A stretch of 64,000 nt of DNA from contig OX597834.1 in assembly GCA_951406725.2 (NCBI GenBank), positions 44,702,001 to 44,766,000 on the forward strand, written 5' to 3'. Both the position numbers and the translations under genes were made by a program. Below are positions 33,491 to 46,234 of this stretch, piece after piece. Source of the DNA: Octopus vulgaris. Lineage: Eukaryota. Each line of letters opens with the position of its first letter. Position 1 is the first letter of the stretch. The notes beneath the pieces are model-generated. The model saw nothing but the letters and a program-made list of their open reading frames with translations, was not told where the DNA came from and ran no database searches.

Positions 33491-33547
33491 CTGAAAAAGA
33501 AATACACATATACAATGCAGAAATATATATAGTGTGAGTATCTGCAT

Positions 33548-33591
<44 letters not shown>

Positions 33592-33857
33592 GGGGGGGAA
33601 TATATGTATATATATGAAGGTAGATATAGAAATAAGAAAAAGGAGGGGATCAAGAGGTGGTATACATCAACGTTTAGACATTATGTCTATTTATTCATTT
33701 ATTTTTATTTATTTTTTTAAAAAAGCACTATAACAATATTAATAATTGGGTATTAATATGTATTAATATGTATTAATAATTGGGTATTCTACCAGCAGTA
33801 TATTGGATAGCTATTATCCCTTAGTGGGTTGAATTCACAACCTCTAACTCTCTCTGA

Positions 33858-33904
<47 letters not shown>

Positions 33905-34682
33905 TACCTACATATATATGTATATATGCACATGCATATATGGGTACAGGACATAAAAAAAAACGTTGAACACGATGAGAAACGAAAACATAAAAAGAAA
34001 AACATAGAAACGAACTTTTTTCGAACAACGAAAAATACAAACAGAGAAACGAGATATGCAAAATAAATAATATTCCTCTTCTTCAGTTGTCCCTGTCTCA
34101 TCTACTACGCGTCGAAGGCAATGACAAGACTCAACTTTCTTGAAATAGTCCTTCCCGCTAAGCAAATTAAATAATATTTGGGATTTTTTGCGGAGGGTGA
34201 AAGTGGTAACGAGAAGAGAACGGTTAGAACAAAACAGTAAAAACAAACGGTGATGGCTGTTAAGTCAAGACGGTAGAAAAATTATTATGAACGCTATGGA
34301 AACGACGAGCTTATGAAGGAGAGAGGTATAGGCACGTGTTGCCTTTAGGAAATAAATGGGCAGAAAGATAGATTCTCTTTCGTCACGTGTCAGCGACGAG
34401 AGAGTCAAGGAAGAGTGAGAGTGAGGGAACGGTGAAGAATAGAGAAGAATAGGGAAGGGTGGGAAAGAAAACCAGAAAGGATGAAGAACAAGGGAGGGAG
34501 AAAGATAGACAGAGAAGAGATAGTCAAGATAGAAAAGTGCGCATTGTAATTATTAAGATAAAACCTACTTGGAAAAGGATGCGTGGTGTTTGATCATATA
34601 AGAATATAAAAAATATATAAATATATGCATATATACATACATATATGTAAATACCTATATATATATATATATGTATTTTATA

Positions 34683-35294
34683 TTGTATAGAGGGCATTAT
34701 TACACCTAAATGCCTCACACTAAGAGGGACATAAGTCATTACTACCAAAATTTCACTAATCGTACCTAATGCAGTTTTTCTATACAATATAAATTAATAT
34801 GTTCAAAAGAAAAGATTATTTTCGAATTTTTCTCTTATGAGGTTCTTCACGCTAACTACCTGATAATTTCTTGTTAAGATTCCTTATTAAGAAGTTATCC
34901 TTAATTGTTAAATTTATTCCGAAAAAACTTTTCATACCCGACATACATTTCGAAAAAGCCCGCCATTTACCGAATATATGATTTATAAACATCTCCATGT
35001 GCTTCGCCGGAGAGAGCAGATGTCTGTTCGACCTCGCCAGGTAATGTTGGTCGTTTATTTATGATGTGTTCAGAATCAGTTCTACTGATGAGCATAGACG
35101 CATTTTTTTATGCGGTAAGTGTGAAATCACAGGTGATATAGAACTAAATTCATTTTTTAAATGTCTTGCTTTGAAAAACTGCATTAGGTACGATTAGTGA
35201 AATTTTGGTAATAATGACTTATGTCCCTCTTAGTGTGAGGCTTTTATGTGTAATAATGCCCTCTATACAATATGAATTAATATGTTCAAAAGAA

Positions 35295-35300
<6 letters not shown>
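34683..35300 (+). mobile_element. Penelope-like pseudo-LTR remnant with inverted and direct repeats
   Basis: 34683-34779 is the reverse complement of 35173-35270; 34781-34817 is repeated directly at 35264-35300; contains a hammerhead. Confidence 0.7.
35078..35145 (+). ncRNA. Type I hammerhead ribozyme motif, intact core
   Basis: AGTTCTA-CTGATGA-GCAT...GTGT-GAA-ATCAC ag GTGAT-A-TAGAACT. 7-bp stem I, canonical CUGAUGA/GAAA core, AUA triplet, G-U at 10.1/11.1. Confidence 0.75.
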
Positions 35301-35339
<39 letters not shown>

Positions 35340-35372
35340 TATATATATATGTATACATACATTCAATGAGAG

Positions 35373-35412
<40 letters not shown>

Positions 35413-35502
35413 AATAAATGGTGGGGTTTAAAAATTTTCCATACACACATTTTCATTAAAATTTACCTTCAATTTAGCATTCTGCCTTTTTATTTTTCCT
35501 TG

Positions 35503-35968
<466 letters not shown>

Positions 35969-36108
35969 TATATATATGATATCATATATCATATTACATT
36001 ATGAAATAATATTATTCATATAATTATTAATGTTAATATTATATCCACTATTTATATATCCCATGTTAGACAGAAACACATGTAATTGCAAATTAAAATA
36101 TTTTGTTC

Positions 36109-36172
<64 letters not shown>

Positions 36173-36173
36173 G

Positions 36174-36285
<112 letters not shown>

Positions 36286-36919
36286 GTATATATATATATG
36301 AATATGTGATTATATATATATATATATATATACAGACATATATACTCATATTAATTAAGAGCCCGCAATAATGTAATAAAAATTATCAACTCCTTATACC
36401 GCAAATAAATATCGACTGCAGTCGCCGGTGGGTAGCGACCAGGGCTGTGGAGGATACTCTCTCACAGCTCAGAGTTTTAAAGCGCCTGTTCTGTTCATTC
36501 TTGAGAGAGTGTACTAAAGAGGAGGGGAAGAGAAACGTGTGATGGAATATCGCTGAAGACGTCACAGGATGTGTGACGAAAACTTTTAGACAAAGCAATC
36601 TCAAACGGAAATAATTATAAAGCTGAAGTGAAAAATGAGTATATAGTTCGTTCGTTAATTTGGCAACGAAAAAATTAACCATCCAGAAATATAACTATAC
36701 CTGTTTCGACATACGACTTGACATGAGGAATTTTCCAAAACAAAAGCATTAACTTTCACACATACATACATACATACGTAATACATAGAGAGAGACATAC
36801 ATACATACACACACACTCACGCACACACATGCACACACATATTGATAGCGGTTATGCGTCTGTGTGTATGGGAGTGAGCGTGCGTATTAGTGAATGAGAA
36901 CGTGTACATTTATACATAC

Positions 36920-36995
36920 CCGGCCATCTTTTATGTTGAGCGACGCCCAAAGCCAGGAGACACATTACTATCACGAAACAGCCAATTCCTTTCAT
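36920..36995 (-). CDS. 8-Cys secreted peptide gene A, exon 1 of 3 (signal peptide MKGIGCFVIVMCLLALGVA-QHKRWP)
   Basis: ATG in gaaatcatcATG context, hydrophobic signal peptide, phase-1 donor G|gtatgt, TATA box ~90 nt upstream. Confidence 0.88.
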
Positions 36996-37082
36996 GATGA
37001 TTTCTATATTGCGTTTGCTTCTGTTAGAAAATCTTCACAGCTCGCCTGAGACGGAAATGTTTCTTTCTCGGGGTCCTTAACA

Positions 37083-37107
37083 CTTTATATACACAAGGAC
37101 TCACGTT
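37083..37107 (-). promoter_or_regulatory. Core promoter of gene A: AACGTGAGTC + TATATAAAG
   Basis: Minus strand aacgtgagtccttgtgtatataaag; same motif and spacing as gene B. Confidence 0.75.
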
Positions 37108-37801
37108 TTATGTGCGTATGTGCAATATGTCTATATTAACATAAAACAATTGAGAGAAGTGGGTGACGTAAAGAAGCTAACTAGTAAGACGGTGAAAGAG
37201 AGGCAGAGAGAAGGAGAGAGAGGCAGAATGAGAGAGAGAGAGAGAGAAGAAGAAGAAAAATAAAACAATGTATTCAATGTTAAAAATGGCTTTGTGTTAA
37301 TATTTGTTAATTTTTTTATGATAGGAGGAGAGGAAACAAGCGTATAGTAATTTTTTTTATTTGACAAAACTAAGCATAGGCGTAGGAGTGGCTGTGTGGA
37401 AAGTAGCATGCTCTCCAACAACATGGTTCCGTGTTCGTTCCCTCTACGTGGCACCTTCTACTATAGCCTCGGGCCGAACAAAATCTTTTCTATTTCTGTT
37501 ATTACATATTTTTCTCTTATAAAATTATATCATTGCCATTACTGTTTAGATGAATAAAATAACACATATAACTCATTATTCTCATATCATAAGCAAGCAC
37601 AAGTTCATGTAAGATATTGATCTTTCCTCTACATTTAATTATTAGATGGCTTTTCTCTTCTAAAAATACACACATACAGGGGGAGTAAATTATATATATA
37701 TATATTAATACTTTCAATGCGGCTCCCGATAAACAGTAAAAGCAATTACCTGATCAACTACAGGCTTTACTGCTAGTATATATAACAGCACACACATACA
37801 A

Positions 37802-37836
<35 letters not shown>

Positions 37837-37910
37837 CATACATATATATATGATAGATCGCTAGCCACTATACCTTTTTCTCTTTCCTCTCCTTGTTTAT
37901 TTCTGTGCTC

Positions 37911-37946
37911 CTTTCCGACGAAGAGCGTAGGCTCGAAACGTAAAAG
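37911..37946 (+). ncRNA. Degenerate minimal hammerhead-like motif in a Penelope-type repeat (relative at 44871-44907)
   Basis: CTTT-CCGACGA-AGAGC gtag GCTC-GAAACGTA-AAAG. Confidence 0.5.
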
Positions 37947-38039
37947 ACTTTCTCACGCTCCGAGCGTTAAACTAATACATCTGTTTGTTGTTTACACGCC
38001 TGTCTCCGCCTTTTTTTTTTGTAAATTCACACAGTATAT

Positions 38040-38078
<39 letters not shown>

Positions 38079-38384
38079 CATACACTTGCACACGCAACTA
38101 GCGAAGTGATGGTCATCCGCGTGTTGTACTTGTCATCCACTATATATACACCATTGCGTTTTCTACAACTTGAAATTTAGGTCTGTGTCAACACAGGAAA
38201 TCAAAATGAAAAGCTAATTATGTTTTATTCTTTAAAAAAGAAAGCCACTTCTGTATGCTTAGATTTGTCAAAATTGTAGTTGATAATTGAATCAAATGCT
38301 GACTGGTTCAAGTCCAGCTTCTTTTGTATCTAGATTTTATGCTTCTTACTACCTATAAAATACGGTAATATTCAAACTCTTTTT

Positions 38385-38928
38385 TACTCTAGGAACAAGG
38401 CCCGCAAATTTGGGGGAGGGTCCAGTCGATTAGATCGACCTCAGTACGTAGCTTGTACTTAGTTTATCGGTCCTAAAAGGATGAAAGGCAAAGTCGAACT
38501 CGGCGGAATTCAACTCAGAACGTAAAGGCAGACGAAATACCTATTTCTTTACTACCCACAAGGGGCTAAACACAGAAAGGACAAACAAGGACAGAGAAAC
38601 GGACTAAGTCGATTATATCAACTCCAGTGCGTAACTGGTACTTATTTAATCGACCCCGAAAGGATGAACGGTAAGGTCGACCTCGGCGGAATTTGAACTC
38701 AGAATGTAACGGCAGACTAAATACCTATTTCTTTACTACTCACAAGGGATAAACACAGAGGGGACAAACAAGGACAGACAAACGGATTACATCGACCCCA
38801 GTGCGTAACTGGTACTTATTTAATCGACCCCGAAATGATGAAAGGCAAAGTCAACCTCGGCGGAATTTGAACTCAGAACTTAGCGGCAGATGAAATATCG
38901 CTAGGTATTTCGCCCGGGGTGCTAACGT
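38385..38928 (-). mobile_element. Cephalopod SINE with three tandem internal units (relative at 61132-61350)
   Basis: Repeated gaccccgaaaggatgaaaggcaaagtcgacctcggcggaatttgaactcagaac units at ~38470, ~38650 and ~38825. Confidence 0.82.
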
Positions 38929-39338
38929 TTGTTCTTTGTAAAATTCAAGCTCTAACATCGCTTTAGTTGTTTCCTTAACTATTTAATCCTTTGTGCTTCG
39001 ATGGGAAATCAGAAACGTATCAAATGTTATTTCGTCAAAATAAGTAACGAAACAGGTTATACAAATAAATTGTCACGTTCGCCATGGGCGTTGATATTTT
39101 TTTTTCTAAAGGTGGTTATTGTTTCAACTGATTAGAAGTTATAATTAGCATTAAAGCTAAAAGGAAACCTTTTTGTTTTTATCCGCATTATAGCTTAGAT
39201 CACGTGTATATTCCCAACATTTTGTTTATGTAAAATCTGTTTCTCCTCTCTTCCTCTTTCTCTCTCTGGATATATATTATTTACTGTCTCTATTTATATA
39301 GGAAATACACGTCTCCCCGCAAATATGCGCACATAGAT

Positions 39339-39410
39339 ATATATTATGCATGCACAATATATTATGCGTGCACAATATATTATGCATGCATAATATATTA
39401 TGCATCCGTA
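39339..39410 (+). repeat. 4 x 18-bp tandem repeat ATATATTATGCATGCACA immediately upstream of the gene B promoter
   Basis: Units start at 39339, 39357, 39375 and 39393. Confidence 0.9.
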
Positions 39411-39424
39411 ATATACACAACTAC

Positions 39425-39449
39425 AACGTGAGTCAATGGGTATATAAAG
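39425..39449 (+). promoter_or_regulatory. Core promoter of gene B: AACGTGAGTCA (AP-1-like) + TATATAAAG
   Basis: aacgtgagtcaatgggtatataaag ~100 nt upstream of the ATG. Confidence 0.75.
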
Positions 39450-39551
39450 AACGAGAGACACCGAGGTCGGGATTCACGAATTGGAAAAGAACCCGCAACG
39501 TTGATTCACTGTGAAATTTCTGATACAAGAAAAGACATTAACGAAATCACC

Positions 39552-39624
39552 ATGAAAGGAAGTGGTTCACTCGTAACAATATGCCTTCTCGTTTTGATCA
39601 CAGGTTTTCACCAGATACAAGCCG
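39552..39624 (+). CDS. 8-Cys secreted peptide gene B, exon 1 of 3 (signal peptide MKGSGSLVTICLLVLITGFHQIQA)
   Basis: gaaatcaccATG context, hydrophobic core ending IQA, phase-1 donor G|gtatgt. Confidence 0.9.
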
Positions 39625-40479
39625 GTATGTATAAATATATACACTTGTACACGTACACTCACACACATTCACTCGTATGGAAGCCTTCTATAATATACTT
39701 TCTTTTCTGCTCTAGGCACGAAGCCCGAAATTTTCGGGGACGGGGTCAGTCGATTAGATCGACCCAATACGCAACTAGTACTTTTTTTTTTAATCTTAAG
39801 TCGTTTTCTTAGGTTTAAATTGCTGAGAAAATATAATGAGCATAAAAAGTAAAAGAAAAAACGATTTAAAAATCTTTTTGCTTTTATCCGCATTATACCT
39901 TAGATCACGTGTTTATTTCCAACATTTTGTTTACGTAAAATCTGTATCTCTCTTTCTCTCTCTCCGTGCTCTCTCTGTATATATTACTGTTCTTCCTATG
40001 TCAAATGTCCGGAAATCTTTCATCACACATCTGTGACCTCTTCAGCGACACTTTCCGTCCCCGTGTATGCTCCTTCTCCACTTAATCCATTCTGTCCTCC
40101 TATGGTGTATATCCTTATCTGCACATCTCTATCGGTTTGCCCGCTATAGTGTATTTTTCTCCAATAATAACAATATAAAGGGCACGGATATAGTGTAGAG
40201 CGCAAACCTATGCCCATACACACGCGAGCACACATATAGAACACACAGAGTGATGCACGAACACACACACATACAAGCATATTTACACATACACACACAT
40301 CTAGATGCAAACGCATGTACAGATAAGGATCCAGGGCATAGAAGGACAGACTGGACTATGTGGAGCAGGAGGCTAGACATGGACGGAAAGGATACTGAAG
40401 AGGTCACAGATGTGTAACGAAACAATTCAGGACCTTGGATATAAGAGAAAATAAGGATAGTAATAAGCGAATATGTGCA

Positions 40480-40790
40480 GGCGCAATGGCCCAGTGGTTA
40501 GGGCAGTGGACTCGCGGTCGGAGGATCAAGGTTTCGACTCCCAGACCGAGCGTTGTGTGTGTTTATTGAGCGAAAACACATAAAAGCTCCAGGGGCTTCG
40601 GCATGGGGTGGTGGTGACTCCTGTTGAGTGAGAGAAAGTTGGGGCGAAAGAGTACAACAGGAGTCGCCACCACCCCCTGCCGAAGCCTCGTGGAGCTTTT
40701 AGGTGTTTTCGCACAATAAACTCAGACAACACCTGGTCTGGGAATCGAAACCGCGATCCTCCGGCTGCCAGTTCGCTGCCCTAACCATTT
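40480..40790. mobile_element. Two tRNA-derived SINE heads in inverted orientation
   Basis: 40480-40626 (+) and 40655-40790 (-) are complementary across a ~28-nt spacer. Confidence 0.88.
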
Positions 40791-40913
40791 GCATGTCAAT
40801 GTCTCCATTTTCTTCCTCCTAACCTGCGACGGCAAATGTCGTGTTTGTTAGAAACTTAATATGTATATAGTTTGAGTATTATCACATACGCACGCAGACG
40901 TATTGTGTGTATA

Positions 40914-42021
40914 CAGGGGTTGGATAAAATAATGGAAACACCTTAAAATTTCAAACAAATTTATGTTATTTTATTTTAAAATGCACCATTATTGTTTAAT
41001 AATATTGAGATATGGGGACTGTGGTGGCAAGATAAGATGGTCAACTTCACTAGAATGTTTCTCGTGCCATTCAGTAACAACTTTAGCAGTGTGAATTGCT
41101 GCATTATCGTCCTAAAAGATTATGTTTCCCTCCAGAAACAGTTCCACAACCATACGATGAATTTGATCAGATAAAATGCTTAAATAGACTTGGCTATTAA
41201 TTCTGCCACGAAAGGAAACCATTAAGCCGGCGGATTTCCAGTATATACCCTCAACACCACCTCATCACAGATCCTCCTCTATGTTTAACAGTTGAAAAAA
41301 GGTAGTCTACGTCAAATGCTTCTTTTGGCTGTTTCCACATATATACTCGTCTGGTGGTCGGAAATAATGTAAAGGCTGACTCGCCCCCCGAGACTCCACA
41401 CCTTTAGGGACCAGTTCTTTAGGGTTTTACACCATACTAAAGGCATTGCAACGTTTGTGTTTGTAAGTAGTGGTTTTCAGATTGTAGCCATCCCAGGAAA
41501 TCCGGCTTTGTGCAGCTCCCGGGGAAGAGTTTTTGTGGAAACTGTGTTCTCGAGGTGGTCATTAAGCTCTGCTTATTTTCGGAGCTGTATTTATGTGATC
41601 CTGTCTACCCATTGCCGTAAGAGTCCGACGGTCCCTATCTGAAAGTTTTGGTTTCCTTTCGGAGTTTTATTTCGACGAGGTGGATTCTTTTCCCTCTTTC
41701 TCAAAGGCTGTCATTACTTTCGAGACAGTACTTCTTGATATGCCAAACATTTCGGCTGTTTCCGTTACGCTAGCGCCTGCCATACGATCACCAATAATTT
41801 GACATCTTTGAAAGTTTGAGAGATCTGTCATTTTAATGAATTTTAATTACATTTTTCTGATGATATCTGAAAATAAACAGGAATTTTAGCAAAATATATT
41901 AACCAACACTAATTTTAAATGAAAAAAATATAAAAGTCAACAAACTTTTGACGGTTTTATAGATATTTCAAAATTATTATGCTATGATGCTAGGTGTTTC
42001 CATTATTTTATCCACCCCCTG
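40914..42021 (-). mobile_element. Tc1-family DNA transposon, degenerate
   Basis: TIRs caggggttggataaaataatggaaacacc / ggtgtttccattattttatccaccccctg with TA on both sides; transposase start at 41831, MTDLSNFQRCQIIGDRMAGASVTETAEMFGISRSTVSKVM. Confidence 0.92.
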
Positions 42022-42675
42022 TATGTGTGTGTAGATACCTATGTAAATACATAATTATATATATGCATACGTTTACGTGTATATGTTTGTACATATATAT
42101 ATATATGTATGTATATATCTGCTTTAGTAGATATTCATATATATATATATATATATATGTGAGTGTGTGTGTGTGTATTTCTGTTTAGTGTGTGCAAGTA
42201 TAAAAGATGCATGTATGCGTTTGTATGTCTGTGAATAAAGTGTGTCTATATCTTGGTGCGTATAGATTTATGGAAGTGACTGTTAAACATTTTTGCCATT
42301 AATTAATTACTTCAGACATGCATGTTTTCTTTTTAAGCTAAAACATTTCTTTTTGATTTAAGGTTTTCTTCACTTTTATATATATTTAAGCGATTTAATT
42401 TTTTTTTATTATTCTGTTACTCGTATTCTGCTTTGTAAAAAGAATCTGTTACCTGGAATGCCCAATTAAATTCAAGTGAGTATTTGTCGTTGTGAAATGC
42501 ATGATAATATATATTAGACGCGTAACTTAAATTCTTGTTCCATTCTGTATCGCAACTGCCCGACGAACGGAAATTTAAAACTCTGAGTAGCAATTTTTTC
42601 TAATATCTCTGTGATGTTTTAGCAGCTTGAATAATAAAGCATATTACTCCACCTATGGTATACACACACATATAC

Positions 42676-42722
<47 letters not shown>

Positions 42723-42725
<3 letters not shown>

Positions 42726-42932
42726 TGCAGCGTGGAGGTGTTTATAAGCCATTTAAGAAACACACAAAGCCGTTCGATTCACTCCAACATTTAAGTTTAA
42801 TTTGTCAAAATATTTTCGTCGCTAAAATCCGCGACGAAAATATTTTGACAAATTAAACTTAAATGTTGGAGTGAATCGAACGGCTTTTGTGTGTTTCTTA
42901 AATGGCTTATAAACACCTCCCACGCTGCAATT
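42723..42932. repeat. Near-perfect palindrome, ~100-bp arms, 8-nt loop
   Basis: Arms 42723-42822 and 42831-42932 differ only by two 1-nt indels; loop taaaatcc. Confidence 0.95.
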
Positions 42933-43103
42933 GTTTTCGTTTCAGCACACGATCTCAGATCAAATTACTTGCTATGCGAGTACATCTCCGTAATATATAT
43001 ATATATATATATGTAAATAAAACGTGAAAATCAGACAAGGTTGGAATTCTTTTTATTAATATATTCTTCTATACACAATCACACACACCCATATATATAT
43101 ATA

Positions 43104-43230
<127 letters not shown>

Positions 43231-43259
43231 TACATATATAAACACACATATATATATAT

Positions 43260-43302
<43 letters not shown>

Positions 43303-43342
43303 TACATAATATATATACATAATATATATACATACACACATT

Positions 43343-43376
<34 letters not shown>

Positions 43377-43536
43377 CATATATACATATATATATACATA
43401 ATATATATACATATACATACACACACACACACACAAACACACACACGCATATGTATATATATAAATATATATATATATATACACATATACATATATATGC
43501 ACACATATATACATAATATATATACATACACACATT

Positions 43537-43609
<73 letters not shown>

Positions 43610-43739
43610 GTGTATATACTAGGGTGTGCTGAAATGTTTCAGTCTTTGAGTGAACGAAAATACACGAGGATCACTTAATTATGACTTTATTCAAAACATT
43701 CCCCTCTCACATTCACACACTTATTGCAGCGATCCATCG

Positions 43740-45000
43740 GTTTTACTCTGTGTCCGGTATCGTTCTCTTTTCTATTTATGTTCCGTAAACGTTGATTCCT
43801 GGTTCAAAAGTCTCTATTTAACCTGATTTTAAGTCCAACGTGTACATATTTAGAGGAATTCTATGTTATAATTGTTGCCGGGTATACACCCTCTTCCTGA
43901 CAATTTCTTTCTAATTTACAAGCATTAGAGTATCTGCTATTACAATTTGTATTTGTAGGTGGTGCAGCAGTGTTATATGTATATTTTATTGTGGTTATTA
44001 GTAGTATTGATATTGTTAATTCTAGCATTATACGGATTATTATTAATATTATTGCGGGTTCTAGGCTCAGTTATAGTAATTCCGTTTTCATAGAATTAAT
44101 CTAATTTCTTCTTATTAAATGAAGATATAATTTTAAAGAATTTCGGGAAACTGAAAGTCCAAATCTAATTTGATTATTATTATATAGTTTTGCACATTTA
44201 ATGCCTTTGACGCTTTTATAAACAATCATTCTAATGGACCTTATAAAGTTCAATTTTAATTGTTTTGCAAAGGGAATCACTATCCACATTGTTTTCTCGT
44301 TGTCTACATTGGAAAAGAATTCCATTGTATTCAGAGAGCCTGTTTTTTCTCGTACCTGGTATAGGATTGTTTGTTACTATGTTATTCATATCCTTATTAA
44401 TTAGAGTATCATGGTTATACAAATCATTATAGCAATTTGACTTATTTTAATCATTTCTGCTTTTTCTGTTGCCTTCATGTTCCTACTTTTATGTTTAATG
44501 ACTTGGTTACGGAGTATGTTGCCAGGAGTTTTAGGTGTTTTTATATTAGTGAGGTTAGGAAGATGGTAATTACTAAGATTTTAATTTTTTTTCTGATTTT
44601 TATTTCTGTTGCGGTATTCGTAATGCTTGAGTTTTTTTTGTATTGTTATTATATAGGCAATATTCATTCTTCACTTGTTTATTACTGTTCTCATTTTAGA
44701 TCATGTCTGTTGTCCAGAAATCCTTCGTGAAATATCTCTAACCTCTTCAGAGACAGATACCGTTCACGTTTATTTGCCAAAAAACAGGAATGATCATTTC
44801 GAAATATATAAATAGCCGCTGAATCCACAAACTTTACTTAAATTCTATCCCTGTTTAATTCGTTGTTTTCCTTTCTGTTGAAGAGTGTATGCTCGAAACA
44901 TAAAAGGCTTTCTTACCTTCCCGAAGGCCAAACTAATACACCTTCTTCTTCTTGTTTATATACCTGTCTTCGTCTTTTGTTTTTCTGTAAATTTCAACTA
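43740..45000. mobile_element. Penelope-like element remnants
   Basis: Decayed AT-rich coding-like stretches (e.g. RTRKNRLSEYN on minus, KFYPCL on plus) followed by a hammerhead-like motif at 44871; preceded by a small mariner end at 43620-43735. Confidence 0.45.
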
Positions 45001-45070
45001 TATATATATATATTTGTTTATATATTCATATGTATAAATTTGATTATATATATATATATATGTATATATT

Positions 45071-45117
<47 letters not shown>

Positions 45118-45181
45118 ACATATATATATCTATATATATATATATATATATTTAAACAATGGAATATTTTCCTATTTTCAG

Positions 45182-45263
45182 AAACCTGCCCCACCTATGT
45201 TGCGTGCCAACGTTTTTGTGCAACAGCTAAATGTGAATATTTTCCGAGAGCAAGATGTGTTGA
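45182..45263 (+). CDS. 8-Cys secreted peptide gene B, exon 2 of 3 (ETCPTYVACQRFCATAKCEYFPRARCV)
   Basis: Acceptor ttttcctattttcag, donor gtaagt, 82 nt, phase 1 to phase 2. Confidence 0.9.
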
Positions 45264-45504
45264 GTAAGTAGAATGAACTTCTGTACTTTTAGATGTAACG
45301 ATTTCTCGCCATCCTCTCCGGTATAATATTAAAGTCTGATATTATAATTTATCATTGAAATAACGCAGGAATAATGTCAGCCGTTGTTAAGCATATTCGT
45401 ATTACATAATGCAGACAAAACTGAAAGTGCTTATAAATGACCACGTAATACAAATACGATAAAAATATATGCATATCTATGATGATTCTAATGATAATAA
45501 TAAT

Positions 45505-45543
<39 letters not shown>

Positions 45544-45544
45544 T

Positions 45545-46225
45545 AGAGTTTTAGAACCTGTAGAATATGAAGCAAGACATGACAGAGTCGGCCAGTATTT
45601 ATATTGGACAATATGTCGGTATTATAAAATCAAAACCGCAGACAAATGGTATAAACACCATCCTGAAGCTGTGACTGAGGGAGAAAATATAGCGATACTA
45701 TGAGACTTCCCCATACATACCTAGAAAACTATAAAAGCTAATAAACCGGATATTATTATAAAAGATCAGACAAAAAAGATGTGTTTATTAATTGACATGA
45801 GTATTCCTTGCGATCACAACATAGCGGCGAAAGAATTTGACAAGATTATTAAATATAAAGACTTGCTAATAGAAATTTAAAAAATGTGGCATCTCAAGGC
45901 AACTACAGTACCAGAGATTGTAGGATCTCTAGGAATGATAAAAAAAGGTAGTGAAACCTATTTGAAAATGATACCAGGCTTACCATCCCTACAGGAAGTG
46001 CAAAAAATCGTATTAACTGGAACGGCTCATGTACTGAGAAGAGCATTATCGCTGTGAAAACAACATCCATTCATGAATTTATTTATTTATTAATTTTCAA
46101 ATACATATTTTACCTGTGAATTTGCGCGTGTAATCTGGGAATACATGCAATGAGCTTCTCTGCCTTAGGTGTACGGAAAACAGTCGGCAAGAAACGGAAG
46201 AAAATTTGAAGAAAGAATAAAAAAA
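45545..46225 (+). mobile_element. 5'-truncated Dong/R4-clade LINE in (TAA)n
   Basis: EYEARHDRVGQYLYWTIC, KANKPDIIIKD, LIDMSIP, KYKDL and EVQKIVLTGTAHVLRRAL; TAA repeats on both sides. Confidence 0.9.
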
Positions 46226-46234
46226 ATAATAATG

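Noticed and set aside
34070-34130. Possible permuted hammerhead on the minus strand (ctgaagaagagg)
   Set aside because: The GAAA half is missing and the stems are weak, so it cannot be supported
38385-38928. CRISPR-like regularly spaced repeats
   Set aside because: Tandem ~180-bp SINE internal units with non-unique spacers, eukaryotic context and no cas genes
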